DNA of 64,000 nucleotides from NCBI RefSeq assembly GCF_057098645.1, contig NZ_CM169472.1; one strand, 5' to 3'. Shown piece by piece: positions 52,268 to 62,577 of this stretch (position 1 is its first letter; each line of letters starts with the position of its first letter). The notes under the pieces were generated by a model. It saw only the letters and a program-made list of their open reading frames with translations, ran no database searches and was not told where the DNA came from. The position numbers and the translations under genes were made by a program.

Positions 52268-52867
52268 TCACAGTGGAGCCAAAGATAGCAAGCCACATCC
52301 CATCGATTTAGCTGGCCCAATACCTTGCTGTACAAGATCTATTAACGCTGGCGCGTCGTTGATGGTGAGCACACCTTCAAAGCAAACCGTTTGGATCTTT
52401 CCACTTTTACCATCACCAGAAAAATACTGTGGCCGTTCCGATATGGGATGCACATCTTCAACGCGCGCCGCATTGCCCAATTTACGTTGCAACCACGCGA
52501 TTTGTTCTGCTTCTTTTATTAACGGAACCCGACAGCGTTTAATATTCCCTTTACTGTCCAGGCGCTTTTGATTGTCGAGAATAGTTTTGATCGGATTTGC
52601 CCGAAGCCGAAAATAGAGTGGAACACCAACCTGAAGTTGAAATTCAACCTGTTTAGTTTTAATGACTGTCGCAACGGCAGTTGAAACAGGCATTTGCGCT
52701 GACTGCAATAAAACATGACAGCCTTCTGGTGTGTTTCGCTTCTCAACATGAAAAAGAAAATCACGAGCAGCATCCGGTCTGTTTGGAAATAAATGCCATA
52801 ATCCCTGGTGAAGTTGGTAAAGATCCCTGCTCCAGGCCCTGGCAATGATGACTTTACTGAGATACAT
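52268..52867 (-). CDS. cas6e: crRNA endoribonuclease Cas6e (CasE/Cse3)
   Basis: 199-aa ORF; C-terminal glycine-rich loop GIGPAKSMGCGLLSL. Confidence 0.93.
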   Translation of the reverse strand: MYLSKVIIARAWSRDLYQLHQGLWHLFPNRPDAARDFLFHVEKRNTPEGCHVLLQSAQMPVSTAVATVIKTKQVEFQLQVGVPLYFRLRANPIKTILDNQKRLDSKGNIKRCRVPLIKEAEQIAWLQRKLGNAARVEDVHPISERPQYFSGDGKSGKIQTVCFEGVLTINDAPALIDLVQQGIGPAKSMGCGLLSLAPL

Positions 52868-53528
52868 CCATACCTCCTTTAATCACATACCATTCTCGGG
52901 AAGCAAATTGTCGAGGTAAGGTGATCATCGGTTCGTCGCGCGCCGTAAATTTTAAATGATCCCCTGTAACTGATTCCTCACTATATATATCGCCGCCAAC
53001 GGGCTCATAATTTAATAGCGCCTTCTGAGGATCCGATGCCTGACATGTCCCCAAAAAAAGCGGGTGTGTTAGTGGGCAACTTCTCCGCCCCAGGTAGGGT
53101 GTATACCGAGGCTTTAATACTGCTTTTTCAAGTTCTGAGATAACCATCGTTGCATGGGGTGTTAACCAGAGAGCGACGGTAAAGGAGGCATCACATAAAT
53201 ATTCGCGCCATGTTTGAATCGTTTCATGACTTTTCAAACCACGGTAATCTTCTCGCGCTCCAAGGACTGTATGGTAATCACGCAACCCCGTTACAGACAC
53301 ACGACGATCGTCAAGAATGAGTTCATCGCAGCGCACTGCAAATTGCACACTCTCTGATAACGCCTGTAATGAAGAAGTATCATCACGTTGGATCCCAAGA
53401 CAAGCCCCGAGTAGCCCTAATAACCCGCTTCGGGTCGGAAATCTTCCGGTAGGTCGCGTTCCTTCAAAGGTCGGCTGCCCCCAGGCTTGCATTGGCCCAG
53501 CAAGCCGCAAGATCAAATAAGATCTCAT
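52854..53528 (-). CDS. cas5: Cascade subunit Cas5 (CasD)
   Basis: 224 aa from MRSYLILRLAGPMQAWG. Confidence 0.93.
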   Translation of the reverse strand: MRSYLILRLAGPMQAWGQPTFEGTRPTGRFPTRSGLLGLLGACLGIQRDDTSSLQALSESVQFAVRCDELILDDRRVSVTGLRDYHTVLGAREDYRGLKSHETIQTWREYLCDASFTVALWLTPHATMVISELEKAVLKPRYTPYLGRRSCPLTHPLFLGTCQASDPQKALLNYEPVGGDIYSEESVTGDHLKFTARDEPMITLPRQFASREWYVIKGGMDVSQ

Positions 53529-53530
53529 GT

Positions 53531-54622
53531 TCACGCCTCGCCATTATTACGAACCCAGGATTTTAACTGTTCTAAAGTAGGCATTTGTTTAACTTGAGCA
53601 GTAATTGGGTCTACATCAGATAAGCTGAATTGCGCAGCAGCTCCGTTCAGACCATATCCATTGGCAACGCGATCCCAATATTGATTAAACGCCTGTATAG
53701 ACGGTTGCAAAAAGCCATCTTTCGCTTTAACCGCTTTTTCAAAAGCATTTGCCATAGAAAGTGGCATATCGGAGAAATTAACCATTACCATATCCGCAGG
53801 GTTAAAAGCGGCATAAGTACGCTGTTTTGCTCCAGGGACCTCTGTTGCCAGCATATGAACAACATGGGTTGCAATTTCCAGAGCCTGCTCCCTGGAGGCA
53901 CCACCTAAATTTTCCTGAAGTTGAGCGAGGTTAATGTTGGCATAACGATAAAAAACACCCGATGAAAATTCCTGAGTTCCCAGATGTGCAGAACCTTGTT
54001 CCTGTAAATCATCTACAGCGGTGAACCAGTCAATATCAGAATCAACCTGATGAGTAGTGATCGCATGCGCAATGGACATTGCACCATCAACTTTTCCCAA
54101 CTCACTCATCATGCCGCTGGTTGCCATTCTTCCACTAAGCGCAATATCAACACCCTGCTGTAAATTCACACGTATGGCGGCAATATCTTCCTTAAGAACT
54201 TTGAGCAGCTTTTTATCATCCAGATTATCAGCCTCTGCTTTTGCAACCTGCTCACAGAACCAGGCTATTTCTCCCACAACCCAGGGAGTAACCGCATCGG
54301 CAGAAATCTTTTCGGCTTCATCAACTAATTTACCGGAGAGCAGCGCTAATGTCTTATCGATTATTTTTTGGTCAAATCGTTCACCAAGTTTTTGCCGAAG
54401 AACATCACGTAATTGTGCAAGATGAATTGTTCTGAGACTGGATTCACCAATATTTTGTGCGTAATAATCACTTTTACGCATCGCACGTTTAAGGCTTTGA
54501 CTTGAAATTCTTACTCGTCTTTTCCCGCCGAAAATAGCGTCTTTCTGCATGTTCATATCGTCGCGGTTCAGACATGAAGGGCTGTGAGAGATCAGAACAT
54601 GAATATTGATAAAGTTAGACAT
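53531..54622 (-). CDS. cas7: Cascade backbone subunit Cas7 (CasC/Cse4)
   Basis: 363-aa ORF in canonical position. Confidence 0.93.
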   Translation of the reverse strand: MSNFINIHVLISHSPSCLNRDDMNMQKDAIFGGKRRVRISSQSLKRAMRKSDYYAQNIGESSLRTIHLAQLRDVLRQKLGERFDQKIIDKTLALLSGKLVDEAEKISADAVTPWVVGEIAWFCEQVAKAEADNLDDKKLLKVLKEDIAAIRVNLQQGVDIALSGRMATSGMMSELGKVDGAMSIAHAITTHQVDSDIDWFTAVDDLQEQGSAHLGTQEFSSGVFYRYANINLAQLQENLGGASREQALEIATHVVHMLATEVPGAKQRTYAAFNPADMVMVNFSDMPLSMANAFEKAVKAKDGFLQPSIQAFNQYWDRVANGYGLNGAAAQFSLSDVDPITAQVKQMPTLEQLKSWVRNNGEA

Positions 54623-54634
54623 AGAAAGGTTTCC

Positions 54635-55117
54635 TTACGCATTTTTGTTTGTGGTCAATACAAAATCTTCCAGAAGTTGCTGGCGTTCGCGCTTTCCCCA
54701 CCAGGTCAACATCCTGGCCATTAATGGCCAGTCAAGTACGGGTTCGGCGTGAGTAAGTAATCGACGTAACTGGACCATATCGGCTGTTCTGTCAGCCCGA
54801 ATTAATTGAAAGATACGGCGCTCGTTAATTCTTCCACTATTGGCTAAAGCTCTTCCCAACGAGATACCTGTTGTTTGCTCCGGTTTTTTGTCCTGATGTC
54901 GGATGACATTCTTTCCTGCGCTCAGGCAAAACACCATGCGCAAAAGAGCCTGCTGGTGACGTGGGTTCTCCCAACCAAAAGGTTGCACCAGCCTATAAAA
55001 CGCAGGGATATCGCGTAATTCATCAGGTTCTGAAACACGTCTAATTTGCGCACATGCTCCATTATCCAGTTGTTGCCAGGCTCGATATAAAGCCATTGCA
55101 TCAATTTCATCAGCCAT
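54635..55117 (-). CDS. cse2: Cascade small subunit Cse2 (CasB)
   Basis: 160-aa ORF; overlaps cse1 by 8 nt. Confidence 0.93.
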   Translation of the reverse strand: MADEIDAMALYRAWQQLDNGACAQIRRVSEPDELRDIPAFYRLVQPFGWENPRHQQALLRMVFCLSAGKNVIRHQDKKPEQTTGISLGRALANSGRINERRIFQLIRADRTADMVQLRRLLTHAEPVLDWPLMARMLTWWGKRERQQLLEDFVLTTNKNA

Positions 55118-56618
55118 TTGATGGCCCTCCTTGCGGTTTTAACTCCCGTAAATGTTTGTATAGCGTGGCGCGGGCAAGCGCTAATGTGCTTATTAATTTA
55201 GGATGATGTGCATAGGGAGCTACAGATTGATTAAATAGCATTTCACACAATTGATGAAGTTTGTCTCGTAAATCAGCTATGACCTCATCAGCCTGGGAAA
55301 AATTAACATTCGCCAGAACATCGGGAATTAATAATTCACTCTGTCGATAGAAATGCCTTTCTGCAGTCTCATGAACAGAGACTCCGGCCCCTTTGAAGTC
55401 TTTATTTTTAAACCCTTCTGCAAAGGTATATAACGCCTTGCGTAAGGCTGTTTTATATCCCAAACCAACAGTCACTATTTCGTTTATCACATTGCCGTAT
55501 TGTTGCCACCCCTGATTAAACATCAGCACATCATGACGCCGTTCAAGAATAGATGCTTGATTATTACGATATCCCCCCATAATCAATTCAAGAGGACTTT
55601 GCGGCGCAATATTTCTGAATTGATTCACAACCGCCGCCACGCGATTTCCATTTTCATTTTGAATAATCTTATCTACCACAACTCGGCTGATTTGTGTCCA
55701 TGATGGTGCGGAGGTGGTGAAAGCAAGAAATTTTTCCTCAACCTCCCCTTTCTTGACTGTTACCAGACAAGGGGAATGCGGATGGGGCCATAGCCCATTA
55801 ACTGTAAAGGTAAATTTTTCCTTAAGAAAACCGGTATAACGCAAATTGCTTTCCTGTCCACAGCAAGAACATTTACCAATCCCAATGGGATCGCATAATT
55901 CAATATGCGCTGGTTGCCAGAATAAGCCACGGACAAAGCCAATTGACGAAGCTGGCACAGATTCATTGGGCTTGACAGGCTTAATCCAGGTAGGTTGGTT
56001 TTCCGTATGTGATTCATTGGGAAATTGTTTTTGAAGACGAGGTATTGTGAGGACATTGAGTAACACCGTCGAGCGAAGATCGATCCCACGTACGAAGGTG
56101 GTTATAGGTGTTCCTCCACGTAAACCGCTTTTAAAGCCACCACCAAAACCAGGTGCCTGATTCGCTTGGTTGAATAACGCAATCGCAGTGCATCCACCAC
56201 ATAATGCTTCACCCTGACCCGGTTGATTGACAAATGCACAATTCGTCGCGCCGCTTACCCCAGCCAACAGTTTTTCCATTGGAGTCACATCATTTGCTTT
56301 GACACCTTTGGTCTGCATAAAGGGATGTTCTGCGTGATTAAGGTAGAACATATCTATCCACGGCGCGATGAGTTGTTGAAACTCATCTTCAGTGAGCGGA
56401 TTCATTATGCGATGTCGAAATTCAACGTCATCTTTTGCCGGGGCGATAATTTGCCCAATGCAAACCAGCAGTGCTAAAGCGGCCAGTTCCATATCGTCAC
56501 GGGGCAAACTTAATCGCCACTGATCTCTACTGCAGTATAGCGATTGCAGATTTATGATTTGGACTTTCCCCCCGTTTCGCGGGCGTACAGGGATCCAGTT
56601 ATCAATAAGCAAATTCAT
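55110..56618 (-). CDS. cse1: Cascade large subunit Cse1 (CasA/Cas8e)
   Basis: 502-aa ORF, first gene of the Cascade operon. Confidence 0.93.
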   Translation of the reverse strand: MNLLIDNWIPVRPRNGGKVQIINLQSLYCSRDQWRLSLPRDDMELAALALLVCIGQIIAPAKDDVEFRHRIMNPLTEDEFQQLIAPWIDMFYLNHAEHPFMQTKGVKANDVTPMEKLLAGVSGATNCAFVNQPGQGEALCGGCTAIALFNQANQAPGFGGGFKSGLRGGTPITTFVRGIDLRSTVLLNVLTIPRLQKQFPNESHTENQPTWIKPVKPNESVPASSIGFVRGLFWQPAHIELCDPIGIGKCSCCGQESNLRYTGFLKEKFTFTVNGLWPHPHSPCLVTVKKGEVEEKFLAFTTSAPSWTQISRVVVDKIIQNENGNRVAAVVNQFRNIAPQSPLELIMGGYRNNQASILERRHDVLMFNQGWQQYGNVINEIVTVGLGYKTALRKALYTFAEGFKNKDFKGAGVSVHETAERHFYRQSELLIPDVLANVNFSQADEVIADLRDKLHQLCEMLFNQSVAPYAHHPKLISTLALARATLYKHLRELKPQGGPSNG

Positions 56619-57032
56619 TTGTTCTCCTTCATATGCTCCGACATTTCTCCTGCATTTCTATACGTCGGCACACTTCCGTTATCGGTAAAAACAAAGAAAA
56701 AATACGGCGTAATTAATTCAATAATCACATTCACTGCAAAAATATATTCATTGGTTTACTACAATTAACCTATACATATATTAAGATGTATTGAATTGTT
56801 TAAAGAAGATAATGCATGCATTTCAAATCTGCAAGTTATTCGTTTTATTATCAAAGAAACTTTTAGTTATAATAATTACCATAAATTTTATTACATGAAA
56901 TATTCATACTGTGAATATAAAATCTCATACCGGGAAATTAAAAGAAGATGTACATTGTGCACCTTCCCTACTTAAGTAGGGATAAACCGTTATTGGTCTT
57001 GTTATCGTCATTGATACCAATCATTCCCGAAG
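56619..57032. promoter_or_regulatory. AT-rich cas3-cse1 intergenic region (Cascade operon promoter region)
   Basis: 414-bp strongly AT-rich spacer; in E. coli K-12 the equivalent region carries the H-NS-silenced Cascade promoter and an antisense promoter. Confidence 0.55.
56961..56989 (+). repeat. solitary degenerate CRISPR-repeat-like element (hairpin + ATAAACCG)
   Basis: ACCTTCCCTACTTAAGTAGGGATAAACCG vs repeat GAGTTCCCCGCGCCAGCGGGGATAAACCG: 19/29 identical, 8-nt 3' segment identical, two compensatory stem changes preserving a 6-bp stem; on the opposite strand from the array. Confidence 0.6.
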
Positions 57033-59698
57033 TTATTTGGGATTTGCAGGGATGACTCTGGTCATCCCTTCATCCCCTGTATAGGTAATAACAATACTGT
57101 TACCCTGCCAGAACCATCCATCCTGATTCTGTTTCCCTTCCAGCCAAAGTAACCCATCTTCATCTACTACTTCAGAAAAACTACGTTTCCAGGTGAAGGG
57201 TACATTGACGCGATTAAGTGCAAGCGCCTCATACTGCTGTTCATGACTTAGGTCCTCGTAGACCTGGCCATCGAGCAGTTGTTTACCTGAAGACGTTTGT
57301 ACATAAGGCAATAATGGCAGGCTCATTTCCCCATCCCTCGTTACCGCAAGAATGGTTTCATCGTTATCCTGCAAACTATATTCTTCAGCCCACTGCAGAA
57401 CCTTGCGAGCCTTGAACCTCTTTTCACACTCAGCGCTTTCAAACTTATCCATGCCTTTGATGACCCATTCTGGCTCATCCATTTCAGCATCATCGTAAAT
57501 GCTATCCAGCCATTGCCGGTAGGCATCAGGGAAAAATAAGGATGCTCCATTAAGTTCCTCAATATGTTGCTGCGTCCGCCACATGACTCTAACGTTGCTA
57601 TAAATATGCTCATGTCGTCCGTAACCTTCGCCATCAGGCAGCAAAACGGTTGCCAGAGGAATCTCAAAACCGGCGGGACGATATTTACGATGATGCGATG
57701 TAAACGGCCTAATCGTTGGAAAAGCAAATCAGCGGGACAATGCTGGGTAATTAACCAATCAAAATCTACATCGAGTGATTGTTCCACGACCTGGGTGGCG
57801 ACAAGTATTCGTCCAACATTTCGCTCCCCATTTTTTCCGAAATTGCTAATGACACGATTCTCTTTTTCACGACGATCGTTCAGCGTAAAGCGCGCATGAA
57901 ACAAATCTATATCTACTTGCGTGTCATTTAGTTCCTTTAGCCGTTGGAAGCATAGTTGTGCAACGTCAACCAAATTGCAAATGAGGCAGACTTGTGCACC
58001 CGCGTTTGCCGCTGCGATCATTCGCTCTAACATCGTAAGGTCAGGTAACATGTCAGCTAAATAAATAGGTTCTGGCTGAATCGAAAAGCGGGGCGGGAGT
58101 TGTTCTGGATGAGCTAGCAGATCAAAACGTTGCGCACCATTCACACCTCGCCAGTTAATAAGTGGATATGCGGAGTTATTTTCCACTGGATCTGTATGCA
58201 GACCATAAGTATCCAGAACTTTCTGTTTTTGTTTCATTGGTAGGGTTGCGGAAAGAAGAATAACACTCCCTCCCACATCAGCCTGAGCCTTGAGCACTGC
58301 CTCCAGCAAGCCGTTCATATAGGTGTCGTAAGCATGAACTTCATCAACAATTAAAACACTTCGACCAATTCCCAAACCACGGATAAAGCGGTGTTTAACT
58401 GGCAATACCGATATCAACACCTGATCAATAGTGCAAACGCCGATTTGCCCAAGAAACACTTTCTTATTGCTTTGTGACAACCACTGACAACACTGAACCC
58501 ACGCTTCTTCTTGCCCCTGCTCAGTAAATGCGCGTGATTTTATTGATTGAAAAAGGTGGTTAAAACGTGAATTACCATGAGCAAGAATAAGATTTGGGGA
58601 GGTAAATAAACGGCTCGCGTTCGCTTCCATTCTGCTGAGCATTGCATTTGCAGTAGCTTGTGTAGGGAGGGCAAAAATAACACTCTCCGCAAGTTGTTGG
58701 TCAATAAGTTTCCAGGCATAGGCCAGCGCTGTTTCGGTTTTACCTGATCCCGTAGGTGCCTCAATCACCGTCAGCCCGGGAGCTGTAGGAAGAGCATCGA
58801 CCAACACCTGTAATTGTCTTGGTTGATAGCCATTGTCCAGTAAGGCATGTACGCCGTCATAACGACGCTTATTTGATACAAGGCCACTCAGCGCCAGTAC
58901 CCGACACGCATCCTGCTGTCTATCCTGAAAATATGTTCTTACCGCTTGTATTCCTGAAGGTGCATCTTCTTTGAATAGAAAGGTATCCGTTGTGGTCCAG
59001 GAACCTAACCAGTCAGCAAGCGAGCAAAAACCTGCTAACAGTGATGAACAATCAGGTGGTATATCGTTTATAGATAACCCGGCTGGCGTTAAAAATAATG
59101 CTTCGAGTACAGATATCCACTCCTCACGAGCCTGTTTATCTTGCGCAGCATAAGATGCCAAAGAAGCTGGCATTTCCCAACGCGACTTATCTTGATCCTG
59201 GGAATGTAATATAAAACCATGATGTCCTGTAACGGCCTCTACCCATGGAAACCAGGACTCATAAGGATGAGGAGCTGCATCAAAAAAACTGAAAAAATCC
59301 CCGGGAGATTGCTCTGAAAGTGAATCTTGGTTAAACCAATACAGACCGGCTGCACCATGATTAAATTTACGGCACATTTGTGTTGATGGACCATTAAGTG
59401 ATGGCGTTGCAGGATTTAATTTCAGCCAACTTTCTGCTGATTTATATTGGAATCGTATATCAAACTTTCCAATATCATGAAGAGCAATGAAAAATAACAG
59501 CCAGGCCTTCACCCTCTGTTTTGATAGCATTTCATTTCGGCAAAAAGTATTTTGCAGTACGACTGATTGATCCCACCAGCAATCTGCAACAGCAGCAACA
59601 TCAAGGCAATGATAAATTAACAGATGAATATCATTTCCTTTCGTCAGGCTTTTTGAGGATTTTCCCCAGTAATGGCATATATATTTAAAAGGTTCCAT
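57033..59698 (-). pseudogene. cas3: cas3 (HD nuclease + SF2 helicase) interrupted by a +1/-1 frameshift near 57695
   Basis: 785-aa ORF (59698-57341) carries the HD and helicase motifs (APTGSGKT, DEVH); Cas3 C-terminal domain is in another frame (57644-57033). Frames join if one C is added between CATCGC and ATCATCG (minus strand, ~57694-57696). Confidence 0.7.
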
Positions 59699-60000
59699 TA
59701 ATAGCCTCCCTGTTTTTTTAGTATTATCGATGATATCAGCGGGCTATTTTTCGATGCTGCTCATAAATATCGAATTACAGTGATATACACATGTCTTGCC
59801 TCCCTGCAAAGAAGAGACTAACATCCGAATTGCTTAGGTTCGAACGCTGGCCTCAGGTTGATAGAAATATCGCCTAGGGCTTTTGTCCATCTGGAACCTC
59901 GCGAATGCTTAACGCCAGACAGCCTCAAGCACCCAACGCCATTCTATACCTGTTAATTCTTCCAGCGGCGTTCACGTTTAAAATCAGGAATACTGCTCGC

Positions 60001-60038
60001 AAAATAAAAACGCCCCCATCATTTCTGACAGAGGCGTT
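60001..60038 (-). terminator. rho-independent terminator downstream of cysH
   Basis: Minus strand AACGCC...GGCGTT hairpin followed by TTTTTATTTT. Confidence 0.6.
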
Positions 60039-60056
60039 TAATTTATCCGGCAATAT

Positions 60057-60791
60057 TTACCCTTCGTGTAACCCACATTCCCTTTTTAAGCCAAAGAAAC
60101 GCGTTTCTTCTTCCGCCATGCCGGGTTCCCATTTACGGGTTGTATGGGTATCGCCCACCGATAAATATCCTTCGTCCCATAATGGGTGATATTTCAGGCC
60201 ATGTTTTTGCAGGTACTGATAAATAGTTCGGTTATCCCAGTCGATAATCGGCAGCACTTTAAATACGCCACGCTGAATTGCCAGCACCGGTAAATTGGCG
60301 CGGCTGCCGGATTGTTCACGGCGCAGGCCAGCAAACCAGGTTTGCGCGTTAAGTTCTTTCAGCGCCCGGTTCATCGGTTCGACTTTGTTGATGTCATTGT
60401 ACTTTTCAATGCCTTCAACGCCCTGCTCCCACAGTTTTCCGTAGCGTGCTTCCTGCCAGGCTGCGCTTTCGGTAGCACGGTACACTTTCAGGTTGAGCTT
60501 GAGTTTGTCCGTTAACTCGTCAATAAAGCGGTAGGTTTCCGGGAACAAGTAACCGGTATCGGTGAGGATCACTGGAATATCCGGGCGAATCTGATTCACC
60601 AGATGCAGGCTCACCGCCGCCTGAATGCCGAAGCTGGAAGAAAGCACATATTCACCGGGCAGATTATCCAGCGCCCAGGCTACGCGGCCTTCAGCGTCCA
60701 GTTTTTCCAGTTGGGCGTTAGTTTCCGCCAGCGCCAGAATGCGATCTACCTTCGGCAGTTCGTTCAGGGCGTTTAGATCGAGTTTGGACAT
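60057..60791 (-). CDS. cysH: phosphoadenosine phosphosulfate (PAPS) reductase
   Basis: 244 aa from [15 protein letters not shown]-terminal ECGLH motif; track ORF extended 51 codons upstream through a REP element. Confidence 0.95.
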
Positions 60792-60812
60792 AGATTCCTC
60801 ACTGTTTGCCTT

Positions 60813-60848
60813 GCCTGATGCGACGCTCACGCGTCTTATCAGGCCTAC
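60813..60848. repeat. REP palindromic unit between cysI and cysH
   Basis: GCCTGATGCGACGCTCACGCGTCTTATCAGGCCTAC. Confidence 0.8.
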
Positions 60849-60864
60849 AAGACCGGGCTGATGG

Positions 60865-62577
60865 TTAATCCCACAAATCGCGCGCCGGATCGAGCACCGG
60901 GCGAATGATGCCCGCACGCACCGTAAAGTCGCCGAAGCCTTCACCCGCTTCGCGCTCTTTCGCCCAGCGCCCTATCAGTTCATCAAGCGACGCCAGGATT
61001 TCCGGCTCGGTGATGTTTTCTTTATACATCCGTGGGATACGTGTCCCAATACGGTTGCCGCCAAGATGCAGGTTGTAGCGACCCGGCGCTTTACCCACCA
61101 GGCCCACTTCCGCCAGCATCGCGCGACCACAACCGTTCGGACAGCCTGTTACACGCATCACGATATGCTCATCGCTGACACCATGTTTCGCCATTAAATT
61201 ATCGATGTTGTCGATAAAAGACGGCAGGAAACGCTCCGCTTCCGCCATCGCCAGCGGGCAAGTCGGGAATGACACGCAGGCCATTGAGTTTTCACGCTGC
61301 GGCGTGACGGCATTCATTAACCCGCTCTCTTTGGCGATCCTCTCGATCTTCGCTTTCTCACTTTCCGGCACACCGGCGATGATCAGATTCTGGTTCGCCG
61401 TAATGCGGAAATCACCTTTGTGGATCTTCGCGATCTCCAGCAGGCCGGTTTTCAGCGGACGCCCCGGATAATCAAGGATGCGACCATTTTCGATAAACAG
61501 CGTCAGGTGCCAGTTATCATCAATGCCCTTAACCCAGCCAATACGATCTCCGCGTCCGGTAAACTCATACGGGCGAATCGGCTCGAATTTGATCCCCGCG
61601 CGACGTTCCACTTCCGCTTTAAATGTCTCAACACCCACGCGCTCCAGCGTGTATTTGGTTTTGGCATTTTTACGATCGGTACGGTTACCCCAATCGCGCT
61701 GAGTCGTCACGACGGCTTCCGCCACCGCCAGGGTATGCTCCAGCGGCAGATAACCAAACTCGCTCGCCGTGCGGGCGTAGGTTTTCTTATTACCGTGTTC
61801 GATGGAAAGCCCGCCGCCCACCAGCAGGTTAAAGCCTACCAGCTTGCCGTTTTCGGCGATTGCCACGAAGTTCATGTCGTTGGCGTGCAGATCGATATCG
61901 TTCTGCGGCGGGATCACTACCGTGGTTTTGAATTTACGCGGCAAATAAGTCTGACCGAGGATCGGTTCTTCATCGGTGGTGGCGACTTTTTCCTGGTCGA
62001 GCCAGATCTCCGCATACGCGCGGGTTCGCGGCAGCAGATGCTCAGAGATCTTCTTCGCCCACTCGTACGCTTCTGCGTGCAGTTGCGACTCATACGGGTT
62101 CGAGGTGCACAACACGTTACGGTTCATATCGTTGGCGGTCGCCAACGCATCAAGACCGACCGAGTGCAGCATCTGGTGCACCGGTTTGACGTTCTTCTTC
62201 AGAATACCGTGAAACTGGAATGTCTGGCGGTTGGTCAGGCGGATGCTGCCGTAAATCGTGTTATCGGCAGCAAACTTATCAATTGCCTGCCACTGTTTAG
62301 TGGTGATTACCCCACCCGGCAGGCGGCAGCGCAGCAGCATCGCATGACGCGGTTCCAGCTTCTGTTCAGCACGTTCGGCGCGAATGTCGCGATCATCCTG
62401 CTGATACATGCCGTGGAAACGGATCAGCAGGAAGTTATCGCCCTTAAACCCGCCGGTCAGGCCATCGTTTAAATCTTCAGCAATCGTGCCGCGCAGGTAG
62501 TTGCTCTCAAGCTTCATGCGCTCCGCGTCTGCCAGTTTACCTTCGACCACTAAAGGCCCTGGATGTTTTTCGCTCAT
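60865..62577 (-). CDS. cysI: sulfite reductase hemoprotein beta subunit
   Basis: 570-aa ORF; siroheme/4Fe-4S cysteine cluster region ([20 protein letters not shown]). Confidence 0.95.

Noticed and set aside
57049-57070. Perfect 9-bp-stem hairpin AGGGATGAC-tctg-GTCATCCCT, considered as a second pseudo-repeat
   Set aside because: No similarity to the CRISPR repeat, ~60 nt from the orphan repeat rather than 32, and inside the cas3 C-terminal coding region. Probably incidental.
61420-62472. 350-aa plus-strand ORF
   Set aside because: Antisense to cysI; no independent support.
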